This document shows, piece after piece, positions 51,201 through 64,000 of a stretch of DNA of 64,000 bases. The position numbers and the translations under genes are program-made. This DNA comes from Felis catus (lineage: Eukaryota). The first letter of the stretch is position 1. Each line of letters starts with the position of its first letter. Below the pieces are notes generated by a model. The model made no database searches, was not told the DNA's origin, and was given only the letters and a program-made list of their open reading frames with translations. The DNA lies in the NCBI RefSeq assembly GCF_018350175.1, contig NC_058368.1, positions 79,114,001 through 79,178,000 on the forward strand. Reading direction: 5' to 3'.

Positions 51201-51666
51201 CGCTCCTGGGAGCTTCTTCCCCACCATTCTCCACCCCCCACCCCCCACCCCCCGTTTCCTTCTGTTTCTGCTTCTATAAAAAGAGTGAGCACACAGCAAG
51301 CATCGCCTAAATCAGCATCAGGAGAACAAGAAGAATTTGTCCGTCAAGAGGAAAGTGAAAATCTGTCACAGCCATAGATCAGTTACAGCAATGGGAGTGA
51401 GGAAGAGAACGTGGGCAGTCGACGGGAACTTGTTGCAGGGGGTCCGATTTCGAGCTCAGCGAACATGCACGGAGTCTTGAGAGGGAGAGCATGACGGGGA
51501 GAATAAATAATGCTCCTGACAGCAGCCCAGGTGGAATCCGGGGATGAGCCAGCAGACAGGTAAAGCCGAGGGAAGCAAGCCTGGTGTGTGTTCACAACTC
51601 GGAGAAGGGCTGTGGGAAAGCTGGTTCTCGAGAAAAATACTTCTCATATTTAAAAAGGAGTTTCTG

Positions 51667-51850
51667 GGACACCCGGATGGCTCAGTCAGTTAAGCGTCCC
51701 ACTCTTGGTTTCAGATCTCGTGGCTCCTGAGACTGACCCCCGAGTCGGGCTCTGTGCTGACAGCGTGGAGCCTGCTTGGGATTCTCTGCCCCTGCCCTGC
51801 TTACTCACTTTCTCTCTGTCTCTCAAAAATAAATAAACATTAAAAAAAAA
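51667..51850 (+). mobile_element. Can-SINE
   Basis: ggatggctcagtcagttaagcgtcc head (small internal deletion), CT tract and A tail. Confidence 0.9.
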
Positions 51851-52723
51851 ATCTCTTAAAATGGACTTTCATGATTGTGCTCTATATTCCTCTCCTTCTC
51901 ATCCTTCTCTTCTTCATCTTTCTCCTATTCTCCTCTTTTTTTTCCTCTCACTGCTATGAGATAGGAGTTAAGTAGTCGTCACCTGCTGCATAACATTAAT
52001 TCAAGATAACCTTTCCAATTTCAACATTTGAATTCAATGAGTGAATTCAATGTGTAACAATGAATAATAACATATACTACCATAAGATATGAATAGTTTT
52101 ACTAGTGCAATTAACATATTGTATATAATATAGAATAATAAAATAAGTAATTAATAATTAATGTAGTTGAATTAATTCACATTGAATTAAAATGGACTGT
52201 CTCCTCTACCCTTCCCTTTGACCCGACAAAGATGCTGACCCATACATGACTACGTTTATTTAGAAGTATATTATTGTGAGATTCTTGTACTACCTGTAAA
52301 ATGGCATAATAATACCATGGACATTTGACTTTAAGGTTAAAATGTATGCTATACACACTAAGGAAACCACTAAAATAACAAATTAGATATAAATGTTATA
52401 TCCAAAAATCTAAAAAAAAAAACAAACAAAATAGATAAAGGTTACATCCAATAGGCCAACATAAGAGATGAAGTAGAAGTATAAAAAATACCCCACTCAA
52501 AAGAAGGCAGGGAAAAAAGGAGAAATGAATAAAGAACAGATGAGACAAACAGAAAATAAATAGAGGGATGGTTAGCTTAAACCTTACCCTGTCAATAATC
52601 ATACTACATGTAAATGCTCTAAATACCCGAATTAAAAGAGAAAGATTGTCACATTAGATAAAAAACTGAGACTCAAACTTATACTGCATTTGAAAAAAAT
52701 TCACTTTAAAAGTAGTCACACAA

Positions 52724-52935
52724 GAGGCACCTGGGTGGCTCAGTCGGTTAAGTGTCTGACTTTGGCTGAGGTTATGATCTCATGGGTTGTGAGTTTAAGC
52801 TCGTGCAGGGCTCTGTGCTGACAGCTCAGGGCCTGGAGCCTGCCTCTCTCTCTCTCTCTCTGTCCCTCCCCCACTTGTGCTCTGTCTCTCTCTCTCTCTT
52901 TCAAAAATTAATAAACATGAACACAATTAAAAAAA
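52724..52935 (+). mobile_element. Can-SINE
   Basis: TSD aaaagtagtcacacaa on both sides. Confidence 0.93.
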
Positions 52936-53098
52936 GTAGTCACACAAAAAAGTTAAAACTATGGAAGTACATTATGCTAAAACTAATAGAAGTAATACTA
53001 GAGTTACTGCATGAATATCACACAAAATAGAGCAAAAAATACCAAAGCTAAAGTCATTTCATGAAAGACTCATTTCATTAAGAGTATATAATAATTCT

Positions 53099-53210
53099 TG
53101 GGGTACCTGGCTGGCTCAGTCAGTGGAGCGTGTGACTCTTGATCTTGGGGTTGTAAGTTCGAGCCTCACGTGAGGTGTAGAGGTTACTTAAAAATAGAAT
53201 TAAAAAAAAA
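53099..53210 (+). mobile_element. Short old-type Can-SINE (tRNA-like part + A tail, no CT tract)
   Basis: ggggtacctggctggctcagtcagtggagcgtgtgactcttgatc...gttcgagcc; TSD aagagtatatataataattct-like on both sides. Confidence 0.88.
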
Positions 53211-56200
53211 GAGTATATAATAATTCTAAAATTTTATGCACCATAACATTAGAGATTATAAATACACAAGAGGCACAAATCACATACTGATAAAGGGTGT
53301 ATATCCAGAATGTCTAAGACAGGATGTCTTTTACTCAGTAATCAGAAACCAAACACCTCAATACAAAAAAACAGGCAAAAAGTATTTACCCAGACGCTGC
53401 ACCAAAGAAGGTGTATGAATGACAAATGAGCACGTGAAAAGATGCTCCGCATCACCAGTCATGTGGAAAAGTGAAACCACGGTACGAATGCTACTACATC
53501 CCAATTTCCATAGCTAAAATGCCAAAGACTGATAATGACAAGTGCTGGTGAGGATGTGGAATGATATAACCAGTTTGGAAAACAATCAACAAGTTTCTGA
53601 AAACTGGGGATGTAGGTTTCTCATATGATCCAACCATTCCACTCTTCTCTGTCTGCCCAGGAGAAATGAGGGCAGAGGTCCACACAGAGACTTCTAGATG
53701 GGTATTCACAGCAGCGTTATTTGTAATAGACCCAAACTGGACACCATCCAAATGTCCATCAACACGTGAATGGCTAAACACAACGCGGGGCATCTGTACC
53801 AGGAAAAGCTGCTCAGCAATCATGACGGGTGAACGGGACACACGCTACCTACCACATGGGTGACTCTCAACGTAACTGTGCTGGGGGGGAAGATGGACAA
53901 AATAGTACAAAGCATGTGATCCTATTTATATACGTTTTTAGAAAATGCAAACTAATCCACAGTGACAAAGCCATGCAACGGAACATGAGGCTACTTGGAG
54001 GGCTGACGGATGTACTTGTTATGTTGGTTTTGATGGTTTCATAGGCATCCACACACGTCCGCCCTTATCAGGTTATACACCGAATATATACAATTTGATA
54101 CATGTCAGTTTTACCTAAGAAAAGCTGTTTCAACAAGAAAGGAGAAGCATTAGCCATGGGGCTTTGGAAGAGGCCCTTTGAGTCAAATGCTCAAGCTTTA
54201 GGGGCTTCACAGTAGTCTTCTTTATGTCGGTCTCTCTCACTAGAGCCCTTTAACGATGCAAGTTTGTATCCCTATGGCTTGTAGAGTGGCTATCACATGA
54301 CAGTTGCTCGGTTAACTCTTTTAACTGACTGATTGGCTCAATAAATCAGTGCTTCGTCTCCAGTGGTCTCCAAGGTCATGAGACAATGCCAGGTGGACAA
54401 CAGAGCAGAGGATTCACTGAGTATGTGTTCGGTCAAGGAAGCAGAGTCGCTAAGATGTGATAGACCATCATATTTAACAAAGGGTTTGTTTGAGATATTT
54501 AACCTCAGGCAGCTGTAGGAGCTGGGGGAACACTCAGTGGGAAACTATCTCCCTGAGTTCTAGGGCTGCAGCTTGAGGTCAACAGAGCGGACAGGAAAGA
54601 CAATGGAGTGGGGAAGACAGGACGTACTGACTCAGCCAGAGCGGGAAACCCTACAAGGGCAGGCTGGAACCTTTCCCTTTCTCACTGCCTCCAATCCTCC
54701 AGCTTTAATGATGCAGGTGTCCTTTGGGAGAAACTCACCCCTTTGTCGTACAGAAAAAAAAAGAAAGGTGATAAAGATGGTCTTCAACACACATTCATTT
54801 TGGTGGCACTTGAAAAGTTGTAAAAAATGTTCTCATCCATCAAAATGTCTATCTTATTACTACCCAGCTTGTGTCTTCTACTCCACTCATTTTCTCATCA
54901 CTGATTATTCGCAGCTCTTCCAGAGGCAAGCTTTAATGCTCCCTGAGCATGGAAAGAACCAGGCGCACTGTAATGATTTGGCAAATTTTTAGATGCTATA
55001 TAGCAATGCTTATGGGGCTAGAACTGTGGAGCTAGAACTATATCTTTTTATTTCCGGTGTTTGTTTAGGTGAAAGCTCAGAGACACTTTTTGTCTTACTG
55101 ATTGGCAAAGGTTCTGAAAAGTCTAGTTGTGTTTACAGAGCAACCTTCTTCCCTATTGTCATTTGAGCAATACCCAAATTTAGTTTGACTTCCCTATCTA
55201 TGGAGCCAATGGGATTTATTTAAAGTAATAGAGGGTGTTTTCTAGATCGATATTGCTAAGTGTTCATTATCAAGAATCCCCTGAACACCACCTGGAAGTC
55301 TGAATTGTTGATTTGAGGAAGCTAATTGGTTTCTTCTAAGTTCCTTGAATTAATACTGACATTTTCCAAGTGAAACCCTAAGCTTAATAGTTCAGAAAGG
55401 CATTTAATGAGCCCATTACATGACATCAAATAAGTGTACCACATTCAAGGTCTTTTAGACGAGTGTAGGGGTGTAACAAGAAGAGCCAGAACATTCCAAA
55501 TGAATAGATCATGGAGATTTTCTTCTCTGACAACAGGTTTTTTTTTTTAATCATATTGAAGATACAATGGAAACCCAGTTGGAAAGGATTGAAGAACCCC
55601 GAAAGACATATTCTCTATACTGAAGTGTCATCAGAATAAGTGTCATCATATTAAATGTGTAATTTGAAGTTCAATTAGAGGGCCTGAAATGCAACACAAT
55701 GATTAGGTGCTCTCTGTCAGGAACCTGATCAGGTTTAAGAGGGATCCAGTTCTCAGCTTGGCAGGGAAAATGGGTGGCATTTGGTCTTATTTTAAACTAT
55801 GAACTGTAACTTTATAAATCTTTTTCCTTCCTTGTTTACTCCAAGTACTAAAAATAAAGCTTCATTCCTTTGATAAAGAGTGCTGAAGACAAAGAAAAAA
55901 AAATTAAAAAGCAATGTTATTCCTCTAGAAAGTCAATAGTTGGTCCTAACTGGAACCACAGAGCTTACTCCCGAGATCCCTGAATTCTGTACTGAGAACG
56001 TTCTAGGTAATAGTCAGTAGCTGAATCTCAAGAGCTTCAGGACTGGAAACAAGACCCCAAATGTCTTGAGAAGAATATTTTTCAGCACTACTGAATCAGC
56101 ACAATTTGTTAGGTCAGGAATAAAAGGGGTTTTCATTTGTTTTTTGGTACCAATGCTCTGTCAATTTCTTCAGGAACATAATCTTTTTCGAGCCATTGTT

Positions 56201-56584
56201 CAAATTCAAGGCAGATGCTTGGGAAATGATGAAAGCAGGAAAGATTCCTTCACCGGCCACTTCTACAGAATGCGATTGTGGCAAGGAGCTCCCACACCAC
56301 TTCTGCATCCCGAGGTGCCCAGGATGGCATCGAATCCATACCCAGGACAGCTGTAGGATGGGCAAAACCTATCTTTGTGTTCTGCTCAAGCACCCACATC
56401 TTTGTTCTCTGCCCAAACAGTTAAAGATGACTCTGATAGAACCACAGACAAGGTGAAGCAGGTGAACGCTTTTTGTAAGATAAAGAAGGAAGCAGGAAGA
56501 GAAATCGAGATATTAAAAAAGAGGCAATTAATCAAGAGTGAAAAAATTAATCCCCTAAATAAAATACTGTGTTATGGGGAGTTG

Positions 56585-57500
56585 TAAAATTTTTATTGTG
56601 AGATATAATACACATAAGCAAAGTAGACAGAATGATAAAACAAATCCGTATGTACCCAGACCCCAGCTTCAAAATTTAGCAACCCAAGGGCGCCTGGGTG
56701 GCTCAATCGGTTGAGAATCCAACTTCAGCTCAGGTCATAAGCTCATGGTTCGTGAGTCTGAGCCTCCCTTCGGGCTCTGCACTCACAGTGTGGAGCCTGC
56801 TTGGGATTCTCCCTCTCACTCTCTCTCTCTCAAAATAAATAAATAAACTTAAAAAAAAGACAAAAAGACCACCAAACCAAAGAAGTTAGTTTGGTTATAT
56901 TCCTACCCCATCCACTCCCCTCCCTCATTATTTTGAGACAAAAAAAAAAAAATCCCAGACATCACATCATTTAATTTTTAAATATTTCAGTAGGTATCTC
57001 TAAAATGTACGAAAGCTTATTTAAATGAAAGAATCACAATCTTATTATCACATCTAAAAATGAATAATTTCTTATGTGATCAAATACCTGGTTAGTGTAC
57101 AAACTTCTAATTGTCTCATAAATGTCCCATTATTTTCTTATGGTTTGTTTGAATCGGAATCCAAATAAGGCCCACAACTGCAATTGGTTGATAAATCACT
57201 TAAGCATTTTATGACATATCGGTTCCCCTCTGTCTGTTCGTTTTTCCTTGTAAGCTGTATTTTGAAGGAACTAAGTCGTGTGCCTTCTCGAGTTTCCCCT
57301 TGTCTGAAGCATAACCTTTTTCTTCAAGTAGCAAACCTGAGGAATCAGCGTCCATGCCCTCTGTTGAATCGTAGGAGCCAGATCTGTTTGCGTTCACGAA
57401 GAGTAAATATTTCAAACCAATTTTCACTGTCATCGAATGAGTATGTTTTAGGGACTTCTTGCCATCCTATTAGACAATTTCAAGTCTGTTGCTTTCCTTT
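56585..57500 (-). mobile_element. L1MC/ME-type 3' end fragment
   Basis: ttttattgtgagatataataca...gtacccagaccccagcttca; aatcccagacatcacatcattt...aaatatttcagtaggtatctctaaaa...gaatccaaataagg. Confidence 0.65.
56687..56860 (+). mobile_element. Can-SINE
   Basis: gggcgcctgggtggctcaatcgg head and A tail. Confidence 0.92.
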
Positions 57501-57861
57501 GGTGTTGAGGCGTGTGGAAATGGATTTGCCCGATTTCTCAAAAGAAGAAAGTATCACGCTAAAGGTACGTCAGGGATCGTGACAGACATGATGCTGTGTT
57601 GTCACCAAATCTCATCTCATGACCGAAAAAAACCCAAACTTGTGTGCGTTTTTCTGTGATCCCTCTGCCACATGTTTAAAATGGCAGGATCCCGGGTCTC
57701 TCATACTACACTCGGGAGACAGCCGCCTGACCCACCTAAGTCTGGGCCATAAGTGGGACGTAGAACTTTGTGTCACGCCCACTGAGATTTGGGGTCCCTC
57801 ACCAGAGCACAGTCTAGCTTCATCTGTCCTCACCAGAATTTGGGGACCCAGAGGTTAAGTG

Positions 57862-58286
57862 CAGGCAGACCTCGTTTTATTGCACTTGGCATTACTGGGT
57901 TTTGCCGACGTTGTGTTTTTCACAAACGGAAGGTTTTGTGGTTACCAATAGTCTGCTCACTTTGTGTCTCGGGGTCATGCTTTAGTAATTCTCACATATT
58001 TTAGAGATTTTTCTTCATTCTTGCATTTGTTATGGTGATCCGTGATCCATGGTTATGGCTCGCTGAAAGTTCAGGTGATGGTTAGCATTGTTTAGCAATG
58101 ACGTATTTTTTGGTTTAGGTATGTACATTGCTTTTGTGGACACAATGCACAATTAATAGACTACAGCATAGTGTAGACATAACTTTTATATGCACCGGGA
58201 AACAAAAACATTCATTCAGCTTGCTTTATTGTGATATTTGCTTTATCGCAGCAGTCCGGAAGCGGAGTATCTGTGAGCTGTGCCTG
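57862..58286 (+). mobile_element. Tigger1 internal-deletion derivative
   Basis: Begins caggcagacctcgttttattgc and ends gtatctgtgagctgtgcctg(ta); both Tigger1 ends are present and the transposase is absent. Confidence 0.85.
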
Positions 58287-58514
58287 TACATTGTTTGCAG
58301 TCTAGATGAGAACACTACAAAAACCCTAACTCGGTGAGACTCCCACTTTCATTATATATTCACTTATTTATTCATATATTTGTTAAATAAGTGAATCAAA
58401 ACAGATTTTGAGATTGAACAATATAGAGAGGCTGTAAGGTTGCACATTTTTTAAAGAAAACAATGAAATACTTAAGTATTTTTAGTCATATTTACTTTAA
58501 AACCTACGTATTTA

Positions 58515-58742
58515 GGGGTTCAGTAGTTAGGGGCTCAGAGCCTGGGTGGCTCAGTTGGTCAAGCGTCCAACTTCGGCTCAGGTCGTGATCTCCCTGCTTG
58601 TGAGTTCGGGCCCTGCATCGGGCTCTGTGCTGACAGCTCAGAGCCTGGAGCCTGGAGTCTGCTTCGGATTCTGTCTCTGTCTCTCTCTGCCTCTCCTCTG
58701 CTCTCTCCCTCCCCACCCCAAATATAAATAAACCTTAAAAAA
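58515..58742 (+). mobile_element. Can-SINE with extra 5' sequence
   Basis: TSD aaaacctacgtattta at 58499-58514 and 58741-58756. Confidence 0.92.
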
Positions 58743-59609
58743 AACCTACGTATTTATCGGACATCAATATACTGAAAGGAAATAAAATGGGTACTGGAAA
58801 GAGAGGCCACCACTCTTTTGGCTGATACCAAATCAGCAGAGAAGAATACAGCTCAGCTCAACGTTTGATTTGAGTGTACTTATTTTCCCACATTGAGGGG
58901 ACTTTTCAGCCAAATAATCTGCACGCTGACCCAGACGGCTAACACCAACTTTTCAGTCTACAAGTTCTCCCCCAAATCAGAAAGAAGTCACGTAATCCAC
59001 TTTGGTGGATTTGAGAGGCAACAGGGCGACCCCCTTATGACCCAGGGCCATTAGTCATCTCTAAAGGAATTGTGTGGGACAGGTAGCATTCTCTCTGGGG
59101 CCACCGTTAAAGGTCAGTTCTCGTGCCCGCCAGGGGCCAGTCCCCACAGACCATGTTACATGATTGAACCAAAACCTGTTTCTAGTCTATCTCGTTGGTT
59201 ACGGAGCAGATGAGCCGTAGAGACTGAAGGGGAACATGCTTTTTTGCCCAATGATACAACATAGAATCACAGAATCACAGAAACTGACCAATGGGAGAAC
59301 ATAAAGATTGAGAGCTGAGTCCTTTTTTGCACAGATGAAGAAAGAACTAAGTCACAAAAAACCCAAGAAGTCCGAAGACAGAACACAGGCCACTGCAGCT
59401 CTGTGCCCAATTTTCCGAGTCCTGGTTCTGAGCCCTTCTTGTCTGCCTTTGAAAGGAACATCATCTGAATACAATTTGCATATTCTAAAGAAACTGACTT
59501 ATTAGAAATCTGATGTCGATACTTGTGGGACTTAGACTATGCATTCTAGTCACTAATGAACAAAGGAAAACATCTTTTTTTTTAAATGTAGAATAACCTA
59601 ATGAGAGAG

Positions 59610-59790
59610 GGATTATTAAAATATAGAATGGATTTTGAAGATTTGGTTCAAATCTCATCTCTACTGCTTTCTACCTTTCTGACTTTGGCTAAATTTCTGA
59701 CATGATATGAACCTCAGTTTCCTCGCTTATAAAATGGGGTAATAACGATCCCTGCAGAGTTCCTGGGGCAGCCATCGGTCCTTAGCTCTA
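59610..59790 (+). mobile_element. MIR
   Basis: ggttcaaatctcatctctactgctttcta...tgactttggctaaatt...gaacctcagtttcctcgcttataaaatggggtaataac. Confidence 0.75.
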
Positions 59791-61689
59791 AGCAGGCTCT
59801 ACCAAATAGTACAGTCCTTACTGTATAGCAGAATCAAGGTTCCGTGCACGTTGGTGCTGCTAAAAGTGTTGCAAGCCCTCAATTTAAGATCTGGGGGCTC
59901 ACATAGTGCTATTTTATCACCTGTTTCAACTTTAAATTGTGTGCACCCTGGCCAACAGTCCCGCAATCCTGTATTTATTAAACCACTGGTGTAAATACAT
60001 TTTCCAGTGACATCTACACTGTATATTTCCTAGAAACACAAGTCAACAAAACCCTTTCTTGCTCCCATGCCAATTTAATTGCCACAGCTAGCTAGCTCTA
60101 CAATTCCATTTTAAACCTGATTGTTTCAAGGTGGCAAGAAGCGTCTAGAACTTTATTTGTTTAGGCTATTTGCGAGAGGAAATACAGTTGGTCGCCAAGC
60201 ACATTCTGTGGATGTGATGTGTGGCTGCACTTTCGGGAAACAGAAACGCTTCAAATTGTGTAGCATCGAGCACACCCCCGGTATGATGAAGTGTGAGACG
60301 AATTCAACACAGAACTCAACAACCAAGAGAAACCAACGCTTCCCTGTCACACAGACATGGGCACTTGGGCAAAGGGGCTCAGAAAGCACACCGTGAACTC
60401 TCTCTCTGACCCTACTCATTTAATCCTCACTTCCACCTTCTACTGACAAGCACATATGTGTCAGATAGAAAGAAAAATACAAAGCTACAAAATACTACTG
60501 CATCCCCCCACTGAAAGAGACTCTATACGCACGGGGCACTAAGACATAAATCTTAGAGCATTTGAAAATGCTAATGCCTATAAATATGAAATTTGTTTCC
60601 TCTTTGAGAACAACACAAGTTTAGCTTTGTTAGTATGCAGAGTTTAGATATGCAATCATATGTGCAATTCTGAGGAATATAAGAGATACATGTTAGAGGC
60701 ACACATCGAACAAAGGCACTAATGTAAAACACGCTTAGCTAATTTTAGAAGAAGTTTTGCTTTAATACTTTAAATTTTGAATGGTAACATGGATCTGGAC
60801 AGAAAAGAGCTTCAGTGAAAATTTGGTTTTCTCAGAGTGTTTTTGTTTATCTGTGTGTTTGTGCGTTAGTTTCTGTTGTTGCTTGACTGTATATGTGTGG
60901 GCAGGTCTGTGTGGGGGTGCGTGGTAGGTGGGGGAAAGACAGTTGTTTCCTACGGGCTACTGAGTTTGACCCATACTTGAATGCGCTAAGGCAAACTGCG
61001 AAAAGTCAAAATGTGTCCAACCACTTGACTTTCCAGGTCAGCTATCAAACCAAATACTATGGGATTACATCAAAGAGCATATTAGAGATGCCTGAGTTAA
61101 GGGAAGAAACTGTGTGTAGCATTCCTCACTGCTGTGATGGGGCATGAACTATATAAGGAAGCTATCATCACCACTGACAGATGCTTGTTATGTAAGGCAC
61201 TGAACACCCCATAAAGAAAGCGAATACCAATGAATTAAAAATGTAAGCAACCCAAAGCCTGTTATTGGAGTTAGCCTGGACTTTCCTGCCTGTTTCCACA
61301 CAGATAAGAATCCTGGTCTAGAATGAAACCAAACATCCACATCGGCACAGAACTCCACGACAGGACATGTGAGCACACATAGTTGAAATTGCTCAGAGGG
61401 AGAGAGTCAAAAGTGCGTTGTGCAATCCGACTCTTTGGAATGTCAGTGTGATGCATGAATCACCTGAGAGGCTTTGCCTCAGTCCATTTAAAGACATTAT
61501 TCAAAGGAACTCCGTCTACACATCACTGCCCAAAAAGGAGACTTTTCCCTTTCAAAATGCAAGGAAACCCGCAGCTAATTTCTCAGCGGCAGGTGTCACG
61601 AGTACTGAATATGAGATAATCTGCCATGTGTTCAGCCTTCGTGGGATATGAAACTCCTCCTCTAGGAAACTACAGATCTGGAAAGAGCA

Positions 61690-61880
61690 TGTTACAAAGG
61701 GCAGAAATCCTAGATTCTAGATTGTGCCAAACCACTTCCCAGACAGGTGACCTTGAGCAAGTACCTTAACCTCACTGAGCTGTCCTTTCCTTCTTTGGTA
61801 AGGGGTGCCCAAGCTTTTCATCACACCGGAGTTAAGTGACAATGAAAAGAAAATAATGAGTGTAACATCTGATGAAGTCT
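61690..61880 (+). mobile_element. MIR
   Basis: gtgaccttgagcaagtaccttaacctcactgagctg. Confidence 0.65.
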
Positions 61881-62429
61881 CACGCACAGAAACAAGATAA
61901 TAGTTCCGATCGTATTTTATTATAATAAAAGCAGTGGCTGTTGAAATTTACTCTGAATGAAGTTTTAGTTGAAGATATAGGAGTAAATAAAACTGTCCAA
62001 GAAAACTTGTAGGGCCGGTCAGGAAGAGACAAAAGAAATAAGAGCTGTGATGGATACTAATGCTTAGGAAGAAGGCCTGCCCAAGAGCAGGCAAAGGAGA
62101 GCCAGCAGGGATGCTGGAAATGACGCCGACAGGCGTGTCTGGTTATAGAAGACACAGACCCAGAGAAGCAGTCCCAGGCATCATGCAACAGGCAAGAACG
62201 AAGATCACAATGAAACTGAAATCTTTAAATATGATCATGAGGAAGGCATGGCACAGCTCTGCTTCTATTACCTGATTTTTCTCCTGGTCGTGGGCCACGT
62301 GTCCTGCTTCTCCTTATGTCTAGTAATTTCAGCTGGACACTTGACATCATCCGTATCGTTCAGTGTCTGGATTCCTGCCTTCCTTTCAGAGCACTGGGCT
62401 TTGTTCTGGAAACCTGCTAATTTATTTGA

Positions 62430-63150
62430 ACATCAGCTCCCCCTTTATAATTCTTTGATGGGTTGTTTTTATGCTCTGTTAGAGTAGACCTGGGGTAAGG
62501 CTAGTTTAGTCTTACTTTTGCAGTATGGCCTTTCTAGAAGCTCTACTGAATGCCCTGGATGTTCAAGCTGGATAGAAGGCAAGTGTCTCCCAGCTCTATA
62601 TGAACCTCAGTCATTTTTGTTGTTGTTGTTGTTGTTGCTTATTTTGTTTTATTTTGTTTTGTTTTAGCTTGTACTCCCCTGGTAGTTATCTTTCCTTGAT
62701 AGTTGTTCTTGACTTTACTGCTATTTCAGAATGTTCAGACCAAGACTCAAAGGAAATTCACAGTAGACTCTGGATTTCTTTCTCTGTGTCACCCCTTGCT
62801 CTCAAGTACTCTGCCCCCCAAATTCCAAATGCGCATTCCCTGTGAAGTTACCTTTGAACCAGAAATCTCAGCCTCCCTGAGTTCTGATCTCTATCGCCTC
62901 ATCTCAGTGAGGCCCCAGGCTCTGCTTGGGCCCCCCCTTCCTGGGCCATAATCCAGAAGAATAAGCCAGGCAGAAAGCCAAGGCATCGAGGGATCACCTC
63001 ATTTGTGTCTTTCCTGTTGTGGATTATGTTCCCATACTTTCTTTTGTTGATATCTGCAAACATATATTTTCTAACATTTTTCTAGCTGTCCATTGCTAGA
63101 AGGCTAGTCCAGTAGCAGCTACTACAGTTTGTTCTGAGTCAGAAATCTCA
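62430..63150 (-). mobile_element. Probable ancient L1M fragment
   Basis: cagaccaagactcaaagga...ctctggatttctttctctg...atctcagcctccctgagttctgatctct...ctcatttgtgtctttcc. Confidence 0.4.
62616..62665. repeat. (TTG)n/(TTTTG)n simple repeat
   Basis: Read directly from the sequence. Confidence 0.85.
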
Positions 63151-64000
63151 TGAGGGCTCTCAGAAAAAGTATGTTCAGTAATAGCAGAGAAAGCAGAACT
63201 GAGTTTTCCGAGTATTGGGGCATAAATGGAAGAAAGAAATGAGTCAGTGCATATAAGAGACTAACAAAGAAGAGAAAGACAGAACCTGACTTGAGAAGAT
63301 GCATTAATCGTCCTTCCTTACTGATTGGTTATCTATAACTTAATTCAGACAGTATTCCTTAGAGTTAATGTTTGTAAGTACTTAAAATAGTGCTGGACTC
63401 ATCTCCTTTTATACAGGTTTCTGAATACAAAACACTAGAAGATCCAAGGTCAGCAATGCTTATCACAATTGTGACAAAAGCATTGTGTATTTTCTCTTTA
63501 ATGGCCCTCTCCCCACTCAGATCATAAGCTTTGTGTGGGTAGTAACTGCATCCACTTTGTTAACTCCTGTCTCTCTGCCAATTAACATGATGCCCACAAC
63601 ACTGGCCCATAACAGGAACTCAAAACTTGATGACTGGATAAGCGAAGGAGTTAACAAACCTTGTAGGATTGAGCTCCTTACTTGTAGGATCTGACTCCAT
63701 CTCCTGGGAGATAATGTCAGAAATGAGCTAACGTAGGAAGGACACCCAGTCAGTGTCGGCTGCAGAGTCGGAGAACTGACTGGCATGAAGAAAAGCTTAC
63801 TCACATCTGGTCATAGAAGTGTTCAGTATGAGCAGTACAGGAAGAGAAAAAGCACAGAAGTATTTTCCATACAACAATCTTCAAAAATAGTACCTACAGA
63901 GGGATAGAAGGAATCTGTAGGGGAGACAACCATAGAAGCCAGTCTTCCTTCAATGTGGTTCATTTTGTATATTTAACAAAAAGCCCACACAAATACTTAA

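Larger units (their letters stand above)
52250..54135 (+). mobile_element. Ancient L1M (start of ORF2 endonuclease region joined to 3' ORF2/3'UTR), with two SINEs inserted
   Basis: tcaataatcatactacatgtaaatgctctaaatacccgaattaaaagag (L1 endonuclease start), then ctgataaagggtgtatatccagaat, aaaagatgctccgcatcacc, catatgatccaaccattccact and tattcacagcagcgttatttgtaatag. Confidence 0.75.

Noticed and set aside
1461..58742. tRNA-like A/B boxes and recurring short ORFs such as MAQLVK... and GHDLTV...
   Set aside because: All lie in tRNA-derived Can-SINE heads with CT tracts, A tails and TSDs; they are not tRNA genes or a protein family.
1..64000. Novel multi-gene system, CRISPR-like array, numt, endogenous viral coding sequence or processed pseudogene
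   Set aside because: I saw no regularly spaced repeat-spacer array, no operon-like ORF cluster, and no mitochondrial, gag/pol/env or retrocopy-like sequence. Very decayed elements could have been missed without a database search.

Overview
Mammalian (carnivore) genomic DNA, almost certainly a felid, judged by about 22 tRNA-derived Can-SINEs of Felidae type and a felid-type L1 3' end. The only protein-coding signal I can support is the 3' end of a large + strand gene that I recognise from memory as MYO16 (myosin XVI/NYAP3). It comprises a 92-nt penultimate exon (11836-11927) that splices in frame across a ~26.3 kb intron to a CpG-rich terminal exon (CDS 38240-38467), followed by a ~1.1 kb 3'UTR with AATAAA at 39547. 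The rest is intron and downstream intergenic DNA filled with SINEs, L1/L2, MIR, MaLR/ERVL LTRs and DNA-transposon fossils. I found no evidence of a new multi-gene system, viral insert, numt, RNA gene or CRISPR array. The most interesting observations are local: a ~120-bp AT-rich palindrome with two competing hairpins; a 220-codon alternative frame reached by skipping the 92-nt exon; a phase-matched candidate micro-exon; a promoter-like CpG island over the last exon; two SINEs inserted at the same target site; and several candidate regulatory clusters. Repeat family names come from recalled consensus sequences, not database searches, and repeat boundaries are approximate.
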